Shown here: in pieces, positions 14,549 to 28,361 of the stretch | Layout of the letters: each line of letters begins with the position of its first letter | How positions within the stretch are numbered: position 1 is the first letter of the stretch | DNA from: Neophaeotheca triangularis | Taxonomy: Eukaryota | Reading direction: 5' to 3' | Assembly: GCA_054600435.1 (NCBI GenBank) | Contig: BAAIJX010000004.1 | Location: 558,001-622,000 of the forward strand | Length of the DNA stretch: 64,000 nucleotides | The notes under the pieces: model-generated | What the model saw: only the letters and a program-made list of their open reading frames with translations | The model's database searches: none | What the model was told of the DNA's origin: nothing | Made by a program: the position numbers and the translations under genes

Positions 14549-17500
14549 CTACAACTGCCCACTCAAAATAGCCTCAGTAGCACTCCCGATATAATGCCTC
14601 TTGGCATCCAAAGGCACGCCAAACCGCCTCTCCAACTCATTCCGCATACTCTTCTTCGTAACCGCCATCAAATCCGCCGTGGACAAAATGGCCCGAATCT
14701 CCGCCAGGATAGCATCGTCCGAAGGCATGTTGGCATTGAACTCGGCCATTTCGAAATCGTTGCCCGCACCCCCGATGCTCTGCCCGCCGCTGTATTGCCT
14801 GTTGCCTCCGTTCTCCGACATGGCCACCGACATGCGGGATTGCGCGTAGGGCGCCGGCACCCCGAGTTGCGACATGGGCCGTGAAGGCGGGTAGCCGCCG
14901 TATTCCGAGGCGGCGGGCTGCTTCGTGGCATAGCTGAAACCCGAGTAAGCCGAGCGGGCGTCGTCGTCGCGCTGCGTTGCCGCATCCCAGAGTTCGGCTT
15001 GGTATTCTTCCCACCGCTTCTTGGGGATAGACTCGGGGTCGAATTTGCCTTCGTCGCTGACAATGACTTGCTTGCCTGTGTCGCCGGTGACCATGCGCGT
15101 GTTGCCCCAGGAAAAGTCGTCCATGTACCAAAATGAGTAGAGGGGGAGTCCAAAGGCGAAGATGGGCGTAGCGAGCAGGTAGATGATCATCCAGCCGATC
15201 ATCTCCCATTTGCGCCGCAAGATGAAGATGATGGCTTGCAGTCCGTAAATGGCTGCCAGCATGAGGATAGAGGTTAGGGGTACTGTCGAGGCGTCAATGC
15301 CGAGGAGCACGAAGAGGTAGACAATGTACCCCACAATGACGGGTTGGACAATCGTAGAGACCAGGTCGAGGAAGACGACAAAGCGCATGCTGAAACAGCA
15401 GAATCCGCAGAGTTGTTGGAGGGGAATCAGCTCGACGAGATTGTGCACGGTACTGTTGATCCAACGGCGGCGTTGAGACATGAAGACGGTCCAGCTGTCG
15501 GGGGCAATGGTCCAGGCGTGAGCGCGGAAAATGTACTTTGTCTTGAACTTGGGGTGGTACTTGAGTAGCAGAGTCGTGAGGTATCTGTCTTCTCCCAGGT
15601 GTAGGAGGTTTTTCATGTGCAGCGTGTCGACACGAATCTCGCTGTAATCTTCGATGATCTCGCGAGACACGAAAAGAGGCTTGCCAGTCTCCGGAGCGCG
15701 AATGCGGTACATGGAGAAACAACCGGGAAGACAGGTGACGGAGCCGAAGAGCGATTCGAAGGCTTTGGTCAGGTTGTGCGAGATGTAGTACTCGTACACC
15801 TGCATCATCGTGATGAAGGACGATTTGGCGTTGGTGAGCGCAGTTTCACCACAGACCGCAATCAGTTTGGTGTCGTGGAGGAATGCTGCAATCATACGAG
15901 TAGCCGAGTCCGGTGCCACGACAGTGTCGGCGTCGATTTGCAGTAGGTATTCGTAAAAAGTCGGATTGACACCTATGATGTTCCGTATTTGATGATGCAT
16001 TTCCAGCTCCAAGGGTGCCATGGGGAGATTATAGTGGACACGGTTCAAGAAGCGCATGAAAATCATTTGCGAGTCACGCTTGCCACGGTTGCCGGGTCTG
16101 ACAAGATGTCAGTAAGGAAGCGACTAATGAAGGGAGCAGAGAACTTACTTGGAAACTTCCGACGGCTTGCCAACCTTGACGATAACCAAGAAGGGCACAA
16201 TGTGACCCTGCACCTCATACAATCCTGAGTAGACCTTACCCATGTTGTGCTGCCTTTGACCCTCACCAAGAGACTCAAAGCTCAAAGGCTCGGGGTCAAC
16301 AGTGTCCGGGACTCCCAAGATATCAAGCACAATGCGAGGTGTCGGCCTGTCGTTGCCCTGCCCAACAATCATACCGTCACAAACAATCATCAGTAGTTTG
16401 CGCTTGTCGTCGTAGCGCATGCGAGCAGCACTGTCAATGGCACGGCGAAGGGAGTCCTCGTCCTCTGTATAGGCCGGCACAGTGCAGATGACAAACTTAT
16501 CCAGGTTCTCAGGCATGTTCTTTTTGCCGAATTGCAGCGCCGCGAAGAATTTGAACCCAATGACCGAAACCAGCAGGATGCTCAAAGCGAGCAGGATGTA
16601 CGTCGCAAACAGACATTGTGGAGAGTTACGCGTGTCGACGTCTCCAACATAGAAGAGATTGTCCAAGCAAATCTGCATGCGATCACGAAGGCCTTCGCTG
16701 ATGTCCAGGTTTTCCCAGTATTTAGTAACATCCTGTCCCGCCCTCTGCTGGAAGAGATCGACGACCGAATCGGCCATGAAGTCGGTGTCGGGTGCGTCTT
16801 CGTCGTCATCAGGTCTGTCGTGTGGTCCGTACTGTGTGGAACGGCCGCCAACCAAGTAGTCGGTAAAGTCGTAAACCCGCTCGTTCAAAATGGCGATTGA
16901 GTTGCCCTCTTTCCCGAGAGTCTTGACGTACGATGGGGGGTAACCGATGTGGCCTTTGTAGAAATTGCCTTTGAGGTAGATCATCTGCTGCATGAGCCAA
17001 GCCGGCCGTGAGTCGTTGGTAGCCCATCGGAAGTCGTGGTACTGCGCGTTCACATCGGTCGTGCTCACTCGGTTGGCAGAGCCCGTGTAATTGTGGCTCT
17101 GGTAGTTGAGCTGAACAGCTGGGCTGATTCCATCCTCAGTCTTTCCCTGACACATGGCGGAGACCTGGACGGGGAAAAGGTTTGTAGCGTCAATGCCAGC
17201 ATATTTTTCCAAAGCAGATTCTGGCACAATCGGAGGATAGTGCACTGGCATGAAAGCACCTAGATCGATGACCACTCCCCTGACGGCAGTGTAGGCTGCA
17301 TTGTCGTCTTTACCGTCGTAGGAAGTGAGCTCTGCAGCGCTGTAGACGTGTTGAGTGGGACAGATCAATCTCGGAAGGCCGACCATGAAGAAAACGACGA
17401 AAGCGCAGGCGAACCAAATAAGCAAGTTGATAGCCAGCTTTTCGCGCCAAGCGGTTCGGACGTCCTTGCGCGACATGCGACCAATGTGGCGAATTGCGAA

Positions 17501-20244
17501 GTCGGGCACCATCCAGGTCATTAGCCAGACAATCGCAAGCCATCGTTTCCTGGCTCCGGTAACTGGATGTTCATCGATGACAGCGACCTTTGTATCGTTG
17601 CCTTTCTGGGCCATGATCGAACGAGTTTCCATGTCGCGGAACATGTTTCCATCACCGTAGGTAGATCCTCCGAGCTGTGACTTTGAGTCCATGTCTCTGC
17701 TACCAAAGTACCCACCGTTCTTGTCATCGCTATACGCGGGACTGTTACCGTTCAGCAAAGAGACATGCTGCTCGCCAAAGCCGCGCTTAGCATCGCCGGG
17801 CGTAAGTCTGCCTGTACCGCCGTACGGAGTGTCGTCTTCGTAGCGCGCAGGTGCCGCATTGAGGTCTGGGATGCCGGTGATTTGCCGCCAGCATCGTTCG
17901 CTGAGGAACACACCCGTACTTCCGACTTTGGCTTCGTTGCCCGGCCAGCTCTTCTCGTCAATGACCATCTGGGCCTTTTCGTCTTGTCCTCCAATGATTG
18001 ACACCTCCCCTTCGGCGTGTCCGAGAAACTCCTGGAATGGCATGAAAACGCTAAAGTCGGCATTCCGCAATCTCTGGCTGATCTCGGCAATACCAAGAGT
18101 TTGCATCTGTGTCCGGACGCACTTGCTGTCGAACTGGTTGGCTATCCGTCTGTCATTAGGTTTCAAACAGAAAACAAAATAGGGGTTGGTGCCAGTCCTG
18201 GAAAGGGACTTGGTAATGTTATCGAGAGCAGACACAAACTGTGCAGCCGCACCCTGCTGCTGGTCGCTGCCGGTCTTGGGTTTCCGGGAGAAACTCCTAG
18301 TGCCCTCGTCCGAGCCCTTCTCTTCGTCCTCATCGACGGCGCCCAATCTTGCGGGCCTTTGCCCCTTTCTCCTCGCCATACTTGGCATGCGCGACGGTTT
18401 GGAGGCAACGGATGCTTGGGTTACAGCAGTGCGGTCCTTGGGGTGTACAACCTTAGTCAAAGCTTCCTGGCCGAAAAGCTCTGCAACGAAGTCGCTGCTG
18501 CTGTAGCTGACCAAGTTCATCAAATCACCAGAGATGACCTCACCGTTCGCCTCCAGAAGACCCTCGGCAGAATACTCGACCTCACCGGCGAAGTGACGGA
18601 TCGTGAAGTTGGCAACCGGGTTCTCGGTGGGGAAGTTGCTGCCAGGCATATAAGTATGAGCGGAGCTGACTTCGATGGCGGAGTTTTTGTTCTCAAAGCG
18701 TTTGCGAATGGCGTCAAGGAACTGCCTGTCGGTCTTCCCGCGTCTCATCTGATCGTCGAGAATGCTGAGCAGGCCGTTTCCAGACTTGAGCAGACCTTTT
18801 ACGGCGTCACTGTTATCGAAGTAGGTTGTGGCAGGTACTGAAATCTCTTCGGTTTCCAATTGGCCGGCCTTGCGCTCGAAGAACGACTGCAAACAGAAGC
18901 TGTATAGAGATTCGTTGGCCGCGTTATTGAGCAGCTGGTCGAGGGTATTCCCTGTCGCAGAACTTTGGGCAAAACCCGGAAAATCGACAATAGACACCGT
19001 GTTTGACACAGAATCGTCGGCGGTGCAAATCTTCTGGTTGACCTTTTCAACAATGAGGGCCACGAGCAAGCTGTAGAGAGTCCGGGCAAGCTCGTCTGCA
19101 TTCTCACGGGCTCCTTTCGGATCCAGCATGATTGTAACGCGCTCACGGTGCAGTGTTCTCGTTGCGTGGCCCAACGAAGTCTGCAGGTCATTCTCAGGAA
19201 CTCCCAAGAAGGCGGCAATGATAGACAGCACTTCCGTATTCTTGACCACAGTCACTTCTTCGCCGCCTTCATGACTGTATCCACCGCTATCGTCAGCAGC
19301 CGGCACCGTAGACTTCTCGCTGACGAATTCCAATTGACCGATGTGCAGGATGATTGCGAGCATTTCACAAATATGTGCAATCTCCTCGCGCTGAAACTCC
19401 AACTTCCTTAGGGCTGTCTTGAAGTGCTGGAAACCTTCGGCATCGTTGATTCCAGCCTTGAGCTGCGAGGGGTGACCCAGGTATCGCCATCGCTTTGGCC
19501 CAGCATGAATAGACGCTCTATGCTCACCGTGATGAAGCCCAAAATCATCCGCCAGCCCCAGATGATCCTTCTCCGAATCACTGGTCCCGGCCAAGAGGTA
19601 GTACAAAATATGGAAGTTGCGCTCTCCAGGGGGGACGGTCGAGACTCTGCTCCGCTCGAGTCGGTGGTCAAGGACCTTACCGCCAACCAAAGTGGGGTGG
19701 TAAGTCTGAGCGGTATCGTACTGTAATTCGAAGAGCAAGCCAGACTTGGATGCTGTTGGGGTCGTGGTGGACTTGGTAGTGGTCAGCGAATCGAAGACAA
19801 AGGCGGCGAAGGAGAGCTTTTTGGAAAGCGGCGTGGCAGAGTAGTTGAGAAGTGCGCTGAGAAGGTGTGACCGAATGGTAGTCTTTCCAGCGCCCGATTC
19901 ACCAAAGAAGACCACTGCCTGGTCCTCCTGCCTATGTCCCAGCCTTGTCCACATGCGAGCGGCCATGTCCTCCGCGGCTCCCATGGCACTGCCATCTTTC
20001 CCGCCCGCGGCTGTAGTAGAATTGGTATAAGTATTACATGATATTATAGCGTGTGACGAAAGGGTAGTGATGGGATGGTTGATGTGGAATCGAGACGCGA
20101 TGTGTGCCGTCTGTGTGTGTGTGTATTAGCAGAGGTTCCTCTCATGCTCTTGCAAGCAGCCGTGCCACGCCATACCAAATGGGTGTCTGATTGCTGATGA
20201 GACGGCAGAGCCGGTAGCGACTTTTGCTCATGCTGAGCCGCCAT
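14549..20244 (-). CDS. csmA: Class V chitin synthase with myosin motor-like domain; exons 20244-20176, 20110-16149, 16097-14549
   Basis: P-loop [13 protein letters not shown], cytochrome b5-like regions, [36 protein letters not shown] and a C-terminal DEK-like domain. Introns 20111-20175 and 16098-16148 join the exons in frame. Confidence 0.96.
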
Positions 20245-22153
20245 GGTGCTGCGAGAGGAAGCTGGCTGCGCTCCCTTATCGACTCTCTTGAATCACGGCC
20301 TACAGGCCAAACGCACGGAAAGACTACAGCCAAAACGTGTCGAGCCCTCGGGAGGCAGGGATGGACGATGGAAGAGTTGCTGATGCAATCAAGGATGCGG
20401 GTAGGATGATGCTTCTTTGGTCGTTGGCAGGTGTGCCGTTGGCTAAAGAGGACTGGTCGGGGAAGTCGAGGACCAAGGGGTAGGCGGTCGAGGGAGAAAG
20501 TCGACGTGGGTAAGCGAGTGTCTAGTCGGGCGATGATAGGTAGCGAATGTTAGAGAGGCACAGAAAGATGGGCAGAAGCAATGCGATGGTCGAGGTGGAA
20601 TGGATGATTGTGGAAAGGACGATAATTGTCCAGCAGTAGTGTCAAGAGTCAAGACAAGACAGCCACATCTGACAATAGTAGGTAAGCTACCTCCTAGGTA
20701 CTAAGTTGAGGTAGTCTACAACGAATACGTAGGCAGGCAAGCAGGTACAGTAGATGACGGGAGGAGAAAGATCAGGTCCCGGCCTATAATTGTGGTGCTC
20801 GCCCCCCCCCAGACCCGAATGTCTTGCTGCTGCAGGGATGGTTCGGAGCAGCCGCTTTAGCGTGGCGTTGGCCAAAGTCTGAGAGTAGTCCAACTCCCTG
20901 AGTCCCCCCATCCAACCGCCCTGGCCGCGCCATACGCTAAAGAAAAAAGTGCATCGCCCGTATTATTCTGACAAGTCTGCTTCTTGGGATGTTAATCTTA
21001 CACCGGGCAAAATGTTAAAAATGTTAACAAATTGCAGCATGGAAGTTATTCATATTACCGCTATAATGGACAACAGCCACGTGCTTGTCGTGAACAAGTA
21101 CAGCATGCGTTGTACTCGTACTGCATCCATCCATTTTCCAGTTACCGTCGAATAGTAGTACATGGATAGGTAGTACATGCTGCATGTAGACCTTGTCCGG
21201 GTCTCCCTTTGCGACCGCGCGGCGGTGTGGCGCCGGGCAACGAAATAAGGTAGAGCTGTGTGTATAAGGGAAGGTTAATTGTGTGTGCATGTCAACTGCG
21301 GCTGGGAGCTGTCGTGTGAGGAAGATGGGCAACTATTTTGGGACATGGATGGTCGAGATTCCAAACACGACCTGGGACCATCGGCGGGGGCTTTTGCTTT
21401 CTTTGCTTTTGCTGGGGCGCGACTTGTCCGCCTCTCCTTTTTATCATCCATTGCAAGAGTCATGATCAGCACCGTGGAATAGCCAGGGATAGCGATCGAG
21501 ATGAGTTCGCGATACTGTGACAGTGTCCATCGGACTGGATCCAATCGTCTTTTGGGCAAGCAGAGTATTGTTGTTGTTGTTGTTGTTGTTGCCACTACCA
21601 AGATACAGTAAGGAACCAGGCCTCGCAAGGAACCTACAAGAACCTAGGTACCTAGGTACATACTAAGCGTTGCTGTGGGGCCATCCCTATTTTGACCTCG
21701 AACGCCTCCCGCTAGGCTAGCGCGTAAGCTGCATCTCCAAGGTTGGGATTGATCCCATCCCGGTCGGGACTTTGAACGTCGATTCGCCATCTACCTAGTA
21801 ACTTAGGCGAGGAGTGTAGGTATTGGTAGGTACCTTACTACCTTACTTTGTTCTGACGGGAGACTCTCACAGAGACGACATCGTCTCTACCTTGGCCACT
21901 TCCATCCACTGCCATTCATCACATCCCTACACACTCGCTGAATCATTTCAACAAACGTCTCCATCAATCATACATAGTACATACCCTACACTCGCTTCCA
22001 TCAGGTACTGCCCGCACGGAGCTGCTTCAACCCGACTCGACATTCCCTGCTCCCGACACTCTTCTTATACCCCGAACCCACCTCTTTCACTCGGCAGAAC
22101 GTTACGTCGACTGAGTCTACAAACCACTTGCTTGCCCTCGAGGGCCCTTCGCC

Positions 22154-25100
22154 ATGGCGAACCATTCATCGCATTATTCCATGAACTCGGCCACGCCTCG
22201 ATCCAATACGATGCAGGCCTCCCATCAGGTCTCGACCACGACCCTCCTCAATGCCCTTCACACCTCTTACTTGAACGGTCAGCCCTATCAGCTCGAGTCT
22301 AGCACATCTCTCGTGGTCAATACCTGGGCGAATGCTGTCAATGTTGGTCCAGACGGAAGGATAGGAGGGACCGTGGATCTGGAATTGGGACGCAAGGCTT
22401 GGGAACATGCCAGGAGGAGAGCGGAGGATGGCTGCATCATACTTGGGTACGCATGTCCTCCAGCTCGTCACGTCTACGTGGTTGATCCGCTAACACTAAT
22501 GCAGCTCCCTTCATCAATCTACGCCGCCCCTTCTTGCCCCGTTCGCTTCAGCACTCCCGCTGTCTGTCCCGGCGACTTTCTACACAGCCATCAACACTCT
22601 GCGACCCTTCTTGTCTTGTGTGACACCTTTCAACCCCACAACACCCCGTCACTCGGCACTCTCTGCCACATTTGTCCTCTCATTGGCGGGTGAGCTCAGC
22701 AGAGCCTCGCTGAGTCTTTGCACCTCTGGCATTGACGTCAAGGGTGGTCTTCTCAACATCCCGGCCGAGAGCGGGTACCGAGCATTCGATGTCTTCTACT
22801 ACATCCTGAAGACCCCGTCGCGACAAGAGCGTGAATACCTGCAGCTGAAGGATCCGAGCCAATACACTCTACTTCGCAAGTCGGAAACCTACTCGCCTCC
22901 TTCATACCTCCCTACCGCCGATGACGCGGCTGCTGCCGAAGACTTTAAGAACAATCTCAAGACTCTCGGCATCAAGGGCAGCAACTACCGCAATCTAGTG
23001 TCAGTGCTAGCTGCGCTTCTTAGGCTGGGCGATGGAGTTGGCTTTCTGGTAAACGACGATGAGCTCGAGCAAATCTGCGACGAGGTCAGCGGCCTTATCG
23101 AGGTTGACCCGGAGGTATTGATGAACAAGCTTGGTACCGAAGAGCGCGAGGTTCTGATTGCAGGTATTTACGAAGCAGTGGTGGATTGGGTAATTGCCAA
23201 GGCGAACGAGGCCATCAGGAATGAGATGCACAACGGCACGGTCATCGGATCGAGCAGCGGCAGCGATTCTGATGAGGCCGGCGCTGGAGCAGCAACTCCA
23301 CCCTCGACCCAAGAGGACGAAGGCGACAAAGTCAGCATCACCGTGGTGGAGGTGTCCAACCAATCGCTCGGCAAGGCGGCAAGCTTGAAGACTGTTTTCG
23401 ATGATACCGATGGTATAAACAAAGAAATGAAAGAGGACGGCGTTCCGATCGTACCGGCAGGCTCCTCGGTGATTCGCGAGATGAAGGATGCTGTAGCTCA
23501 GAGCGAGCCCGATTTGGACATCATGACAGGCCCACTTGGCCGGGAACGCGATCACGAACTCGACCGCCGCCAAGGTGTTCTGGAAAAGGTTGGCACAGAG
23601 TCTGAGCCCGACAGCTTTCTGCGGCAGCTGCTATACCCAGTCTCGGGCGAGGGGATAGTGCTTGGGAAGACTGGACGCTTCAACTTGACCCACGTGCTCA
23701 ACAGCAGCAGAGTTTGGTTCCAGCTTTGTCTGCACCCCAACGACGAGAACCCTGCCAAATTTGCGAATCAGCCGTCTCTCAACCATCTCTGGTCTGCAGG
23801 GGCTGTGTCCGGCCAGATTAGAGGCTGGAGGTTGCCCGAATGGGCCAACTATCGCAACAAGCAGCTTGACTTTACGGCGGACTTCGACGAATACGAGTTT
23901 ACAGAGCGGTACGGCCGGATTGGTTGCCAAAGCGGCCGTGACGGGATCCAAAATTGGCTCGCAGAGCGCGGCTGGTCAAATGGTGAAATTGTACTTGGTG
24001 AAGAACGCGTGTGGCTCCGGGAAGGCGCTTGGTGGGAAGCGGAGTGCTTGCTTGACCTCAAAACGCGCGACGAGCCATCCCCAAGCGAGATGATGGGTGG
24101 TATGGTTGGCGCCGGGGGCATGGAGAACGGTTATTCTGTGCAGACACCGAATGGCCTCGACAGCTTGTATGCACCCAACTACACCGACAACCCATTCGGG
24201 GACGCTCATAGGCAACCCAGCGTCGCCGCACCTAGCGCGATGCGCGCAAAGTCCCTGGCACCCACCGCTGCGCATACAGTTCGCAGCATCAGCGGAGGCG
24301 ACTATGGTCTAGGGCACAAGGGTGACGACAAATACGGCGTTAACTACGAAGTCGGAGACTCGGAGCTCATAGACGGGAAAGTGGTCGTCGAGCAGCGAGT
24401 CTCTTTCGGCCGACGCGTTTGGATCGCTTGCGCATGGGCGGCCACTTTTTGGGCGCCTTCTTTCCTTCTCAAGCACGTTGGTCGAATGAAGCGGCCCGAT
24501 GTGCGGATGGCATGGCGCGAGAAGATATTGCTCGTGCTTATCATCTTCCTCCTCAACGCCATTGTCGTCTTCTACATTGTCGCGTTCGGAAAACTCATCT
24601 GCCCGAAGTGGGACAAGGCTTGGAATGCAAAAGAAGTCGGGTACCACCAGGGAGACAACGACTGGTGGGTTTCTTTCCGTGGCGGCGTCTACGACTTGAC
24701 GGACTTTTGGCAGCTTCAGCACTCAGACGTGACGCAAAAAACCACCAGCGATAACATGGCACCTTTCGCTGGAACTGATGTCAGCAATTACATTCCGCCA
24801 CCGCTTTACCGCGCCTGTGCAGCCTATGTGGACTCTGACAGATTCAGTCTCATTCGCAACGAGACCTTGGAATATCCCGCGGCTATCCACACCTCTGGCA
24901 ACCAGAGCACCTACCAGAGTTCAGTCATGGCCAACGAAGACTGGTACGATCAAAAATTTCTGCCGAAGATGGAAGAGTACTACAAAGGTGAATTGGTGGT
25001 CAAGAAAAGCAAGGTTAAGAGCGACGGGAACGATAATCAGCACATGTGGGTGATTATCGACGAGATCATCTATGACTTCACAGACTACTTCCACACTAAA

Positions 25101-27646
25101 GACCTTCTGAACGATCTCAGCGGCTCCGCCTTCCTGCCAGATGATGTCGAGGAGCTCATCCAGTCGAACCCAGGAGGCGATATCACCAAAGACTTCAACA
25201 ACCTCGATCGCGTCACGCGAGCCAACTCTCTGAACTGCTTCGACAATGCCTTCAAGGTCGCGAGCACTGATTTCCGAGAGTCGGCGCGTTGTCAGGTCAA
25301 CAACTACATTCTGCTTGCCTTCACCATCATCATCTGTCTCGTCATCGGTACAAAGTTTATCGCAGCCTTGCAACTTGGTTCCCGTCGTCGCCCGGCTCAA
25401 CAAGACAAGTTCGTCATCTGCCAGGTCCCTGCCTACACTGAGGGCGAAGATTCGATGCGAAAAGGTCTCGACTCGCTCACGGCTCTGCAATACGACAACA
25501 AACGAAAGCTCCTTTGTGTCATTTGCGACGGCATGGTCGTTGGTGGCGGTAACGATCGTCCCACTCCAAAGATCGTCCTTGACATTCTCGGTGTTGACCC
25601 GAAAATCGACCCTCCAGCTCTGCCGGTCAGAGCAGTCGGCACCGGCAGCGAGCAACTCAACTACGGAAAAGTCTACAGCGGTCTCTACGAATTCGAAGGC
25701 AACGTCGTACCTTACCTTGTGGTCGTAAAAGTCGGCAAGGAATCCGAGCAGCAGAAATCGAAGCCCGGTAACCGCGGCAAACGTGACAGTCAAATCATGC
25801 TAATGAACTTCCTCAACCGTGTCCACCACCGCGCGCCCATGTCGCCTCTCGAGTTGGAAATGTTCCACCAAATCAACAATATCATTGGCGTGGATCCTGA
25901 GCTGTACGAGTACCTCTTCATGGTCGACGCTGATACCAAGGTCAAGGAAGACTCTCTCAACAGGCTTGTCGCTGCTTGTGCCAATGACAGCAAAATCATT
26001 GGTATTTGCGGTGAGACCAGCTTGGAGAACGAGGAGCGCAGTTGGTGGACTATGATTCAGGTGTACGAATACTACATCTCCCATCACTTGTCCAAGGCTT
26101 TCGAGAGCTTATTTGGCAGTGTTACTTGTTTGCCTGGATGGTGAGTTTCTTCACCAAAGCTAGAAGACTCGAACATTTCAGCTAATCCTTGAACAGTTTC
26201 TGCATGTACCGACTTCGAACTGCTGACAAGGGACGGCCTCTTATCATCTCGGACCAGGTTATCAAGGAGTACGCCGACATCAACACTGACACCCTCCACA
26301 AGAAGAACTTGCTTTCCCTCGGTGAGGACCGTTGGCTGACGACACTTATGACGAAGTACTTCCCGCACTACTCGTTCAAATTCATTCCGGATGCATATGC
26401 TCTTACTGAGGCGCCTTCCGACTGGAATGTGCTGCTCTCCCAACGTCGACGATGGATCAACTCTACTATCCACAATTTGGCTGAACTGGTCATGTTGAAG
26501 GACCTCTGTGGATTCTGCTGTTTCAGTATGCGCTTCGTCGTTTTTGTCGACCTCTTCGGAACCATCATTCTCCCTGCTACATGCGCTTACCTTACCTACT
26601 TGATCGTGATTGTCGCTACCGGACAAGGACAGTTCCCCCTGATCTCGCTGATCATGATTTGCTCAGTCTACGGATTGCAGGCTCTAATCTTCATCATCAA
26701 ACGGCAATGGCAGCACATCGGATGGATGCTAATCTACCTCTTGGCTTACCCAATTTATTCCTTCATCCTTCCGGTCTATTCATTCTGGAAGCAAGATGAC
26801 TTCTCGTGGGGTAACACCCGTCTCGTGTTGAACGAGAACGGCAAGAAAGCGCTTGTAGCAGTCGACGAAGAAGGCTTCGACCCCCGCTCCATTCCGCTCC
26901 AGCGCTGGGATGATTACGCCGGCGCCAACAACCTCCCCGGCCGCCGCGGCCTCCCAGTGGAAAAGGAGCCCAATGTCTACGCCGATGACCGCGGCTACGA
27001 ACTGGACGAAGTGCAATCCGTCTACTCAGCCAAACCCACGTCCACGATCCTCACAGGCTTCCCTCAACAGCAAACCTACCAGCCCCCGCAAAGCCCCGGC
27101 CCCTTCAACGCCTACAACCGACAAAGCAGCTACTCGCATCTCTCGCGCTACACCGACAACCCCCTCCAACAGCAACAACAATATCAACAGCAATTCTCTC
27201 AAAAATACCAACAAACCCCCGGCAGCGCAGACCCCCAACACAACCGCCTCATGAGCATGGGCAGTCTCCCGGACTACAACCAACAACAGCAGCAACAACA
27301 ATTCTACCACCCCCGCAACCCCAGTCAAGACAACCTCCTTAGCACCTACGGCCTGCAATCCCCACCCCTGCCACAACAATACGCACCCCGCGCCCGCTCC
27401 CCCCTAAACGCCAGCACCAGCCGGCCGCAAAGCACAGCCAACATGCCAGGTTTCCAGACGCAGGGACCCACCAACGAAGCCATCACGCAAGCTATCCAGG
27501 AGTGCTTGGCCGAAGTCGACTTGGACTCGGTTACCAAGAAGCAATTGAAGGCTTTGGCGGAGCAGAAACTGCAGTGTCAGGTTACCGGCGAGCGGAGGGC
27601 GTTTCTGGACGGCCAGATTGATTACGAATTGGCTAATATGGCTTAG
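22154..27646 (+). CDS. csmB: Class VII chitin synthase with degenerate myosin motor-like domain; exons 22154-22446, 22505-26140, 26197-27646
   Basis: Short motor-like domain lacking the P-loop; [38 protein letters not shown] and a DEK-like C-terminus. Introns 22447-22504 and 26141-26196 are canonical. Head-to-head with the class V gene. Confidence 0.95.
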
Positions 27647-28361
27647 GAGAGTAGGCAAGGTCTTTGAGCGCTTGGCAGTGGGTTTTGTGTGGGTTTTTCG
27701 GGTTGGCGTCTGGAAGTCCAGGGTGTTTGGTTTTTTTCTGGGTGTGGTGTTTTGGATTGGAAGGAGGATGAAAAAGTGGGTTTCGGGTCTTTTGATGGTT
27801 GGTCGTGGTATCTTTTTTGTGCCTGCAGTTGGGCTATATGTAATGAAAAACAGGATGTACAGGCTCCATTTCAGTGCTTCTTTCGCTTGCTGGTTTGTGT
27901 GACCTACGTAGGACTGGTGTCATACTCGAGTGATTGGTTTTGCTCTTGGTCGCTCAACTGGAAACATGTCGGTTGGTGAGGGTTGGAGTTTGGGTGGGCT
28001 TGGTCACCATTTTTTGCCTTGCTCGTAGATGTCCTGACTCACTTGTGTCTCGTCCACTTGTGGTAGCGATGACTCCTGCTCAGAGCTTCGGTGTCTGGTG
28101 CGAGAGGGTGACTTGTGGAAGCCAGAGCTGCAGACTAAGGCACCGCGGTCAAGGGAAAAAAACGAGCAAGCCCAAGCAAGCTGTTGTAACTTCTCACGCG
28201 CCAAAGCTTGCGCGAATCTACTTGGTATATACAACCCCAGTCTCGGAAACCCCCCATACTGATACAAACCCAACCGCGCAACCTAGGGGGTATCAAAGCA
28301 GCCCAAAAAACACGCCCTCGCGTATGTCCCAAACCCCAGACCAACCTGGCCAACTGACTAG

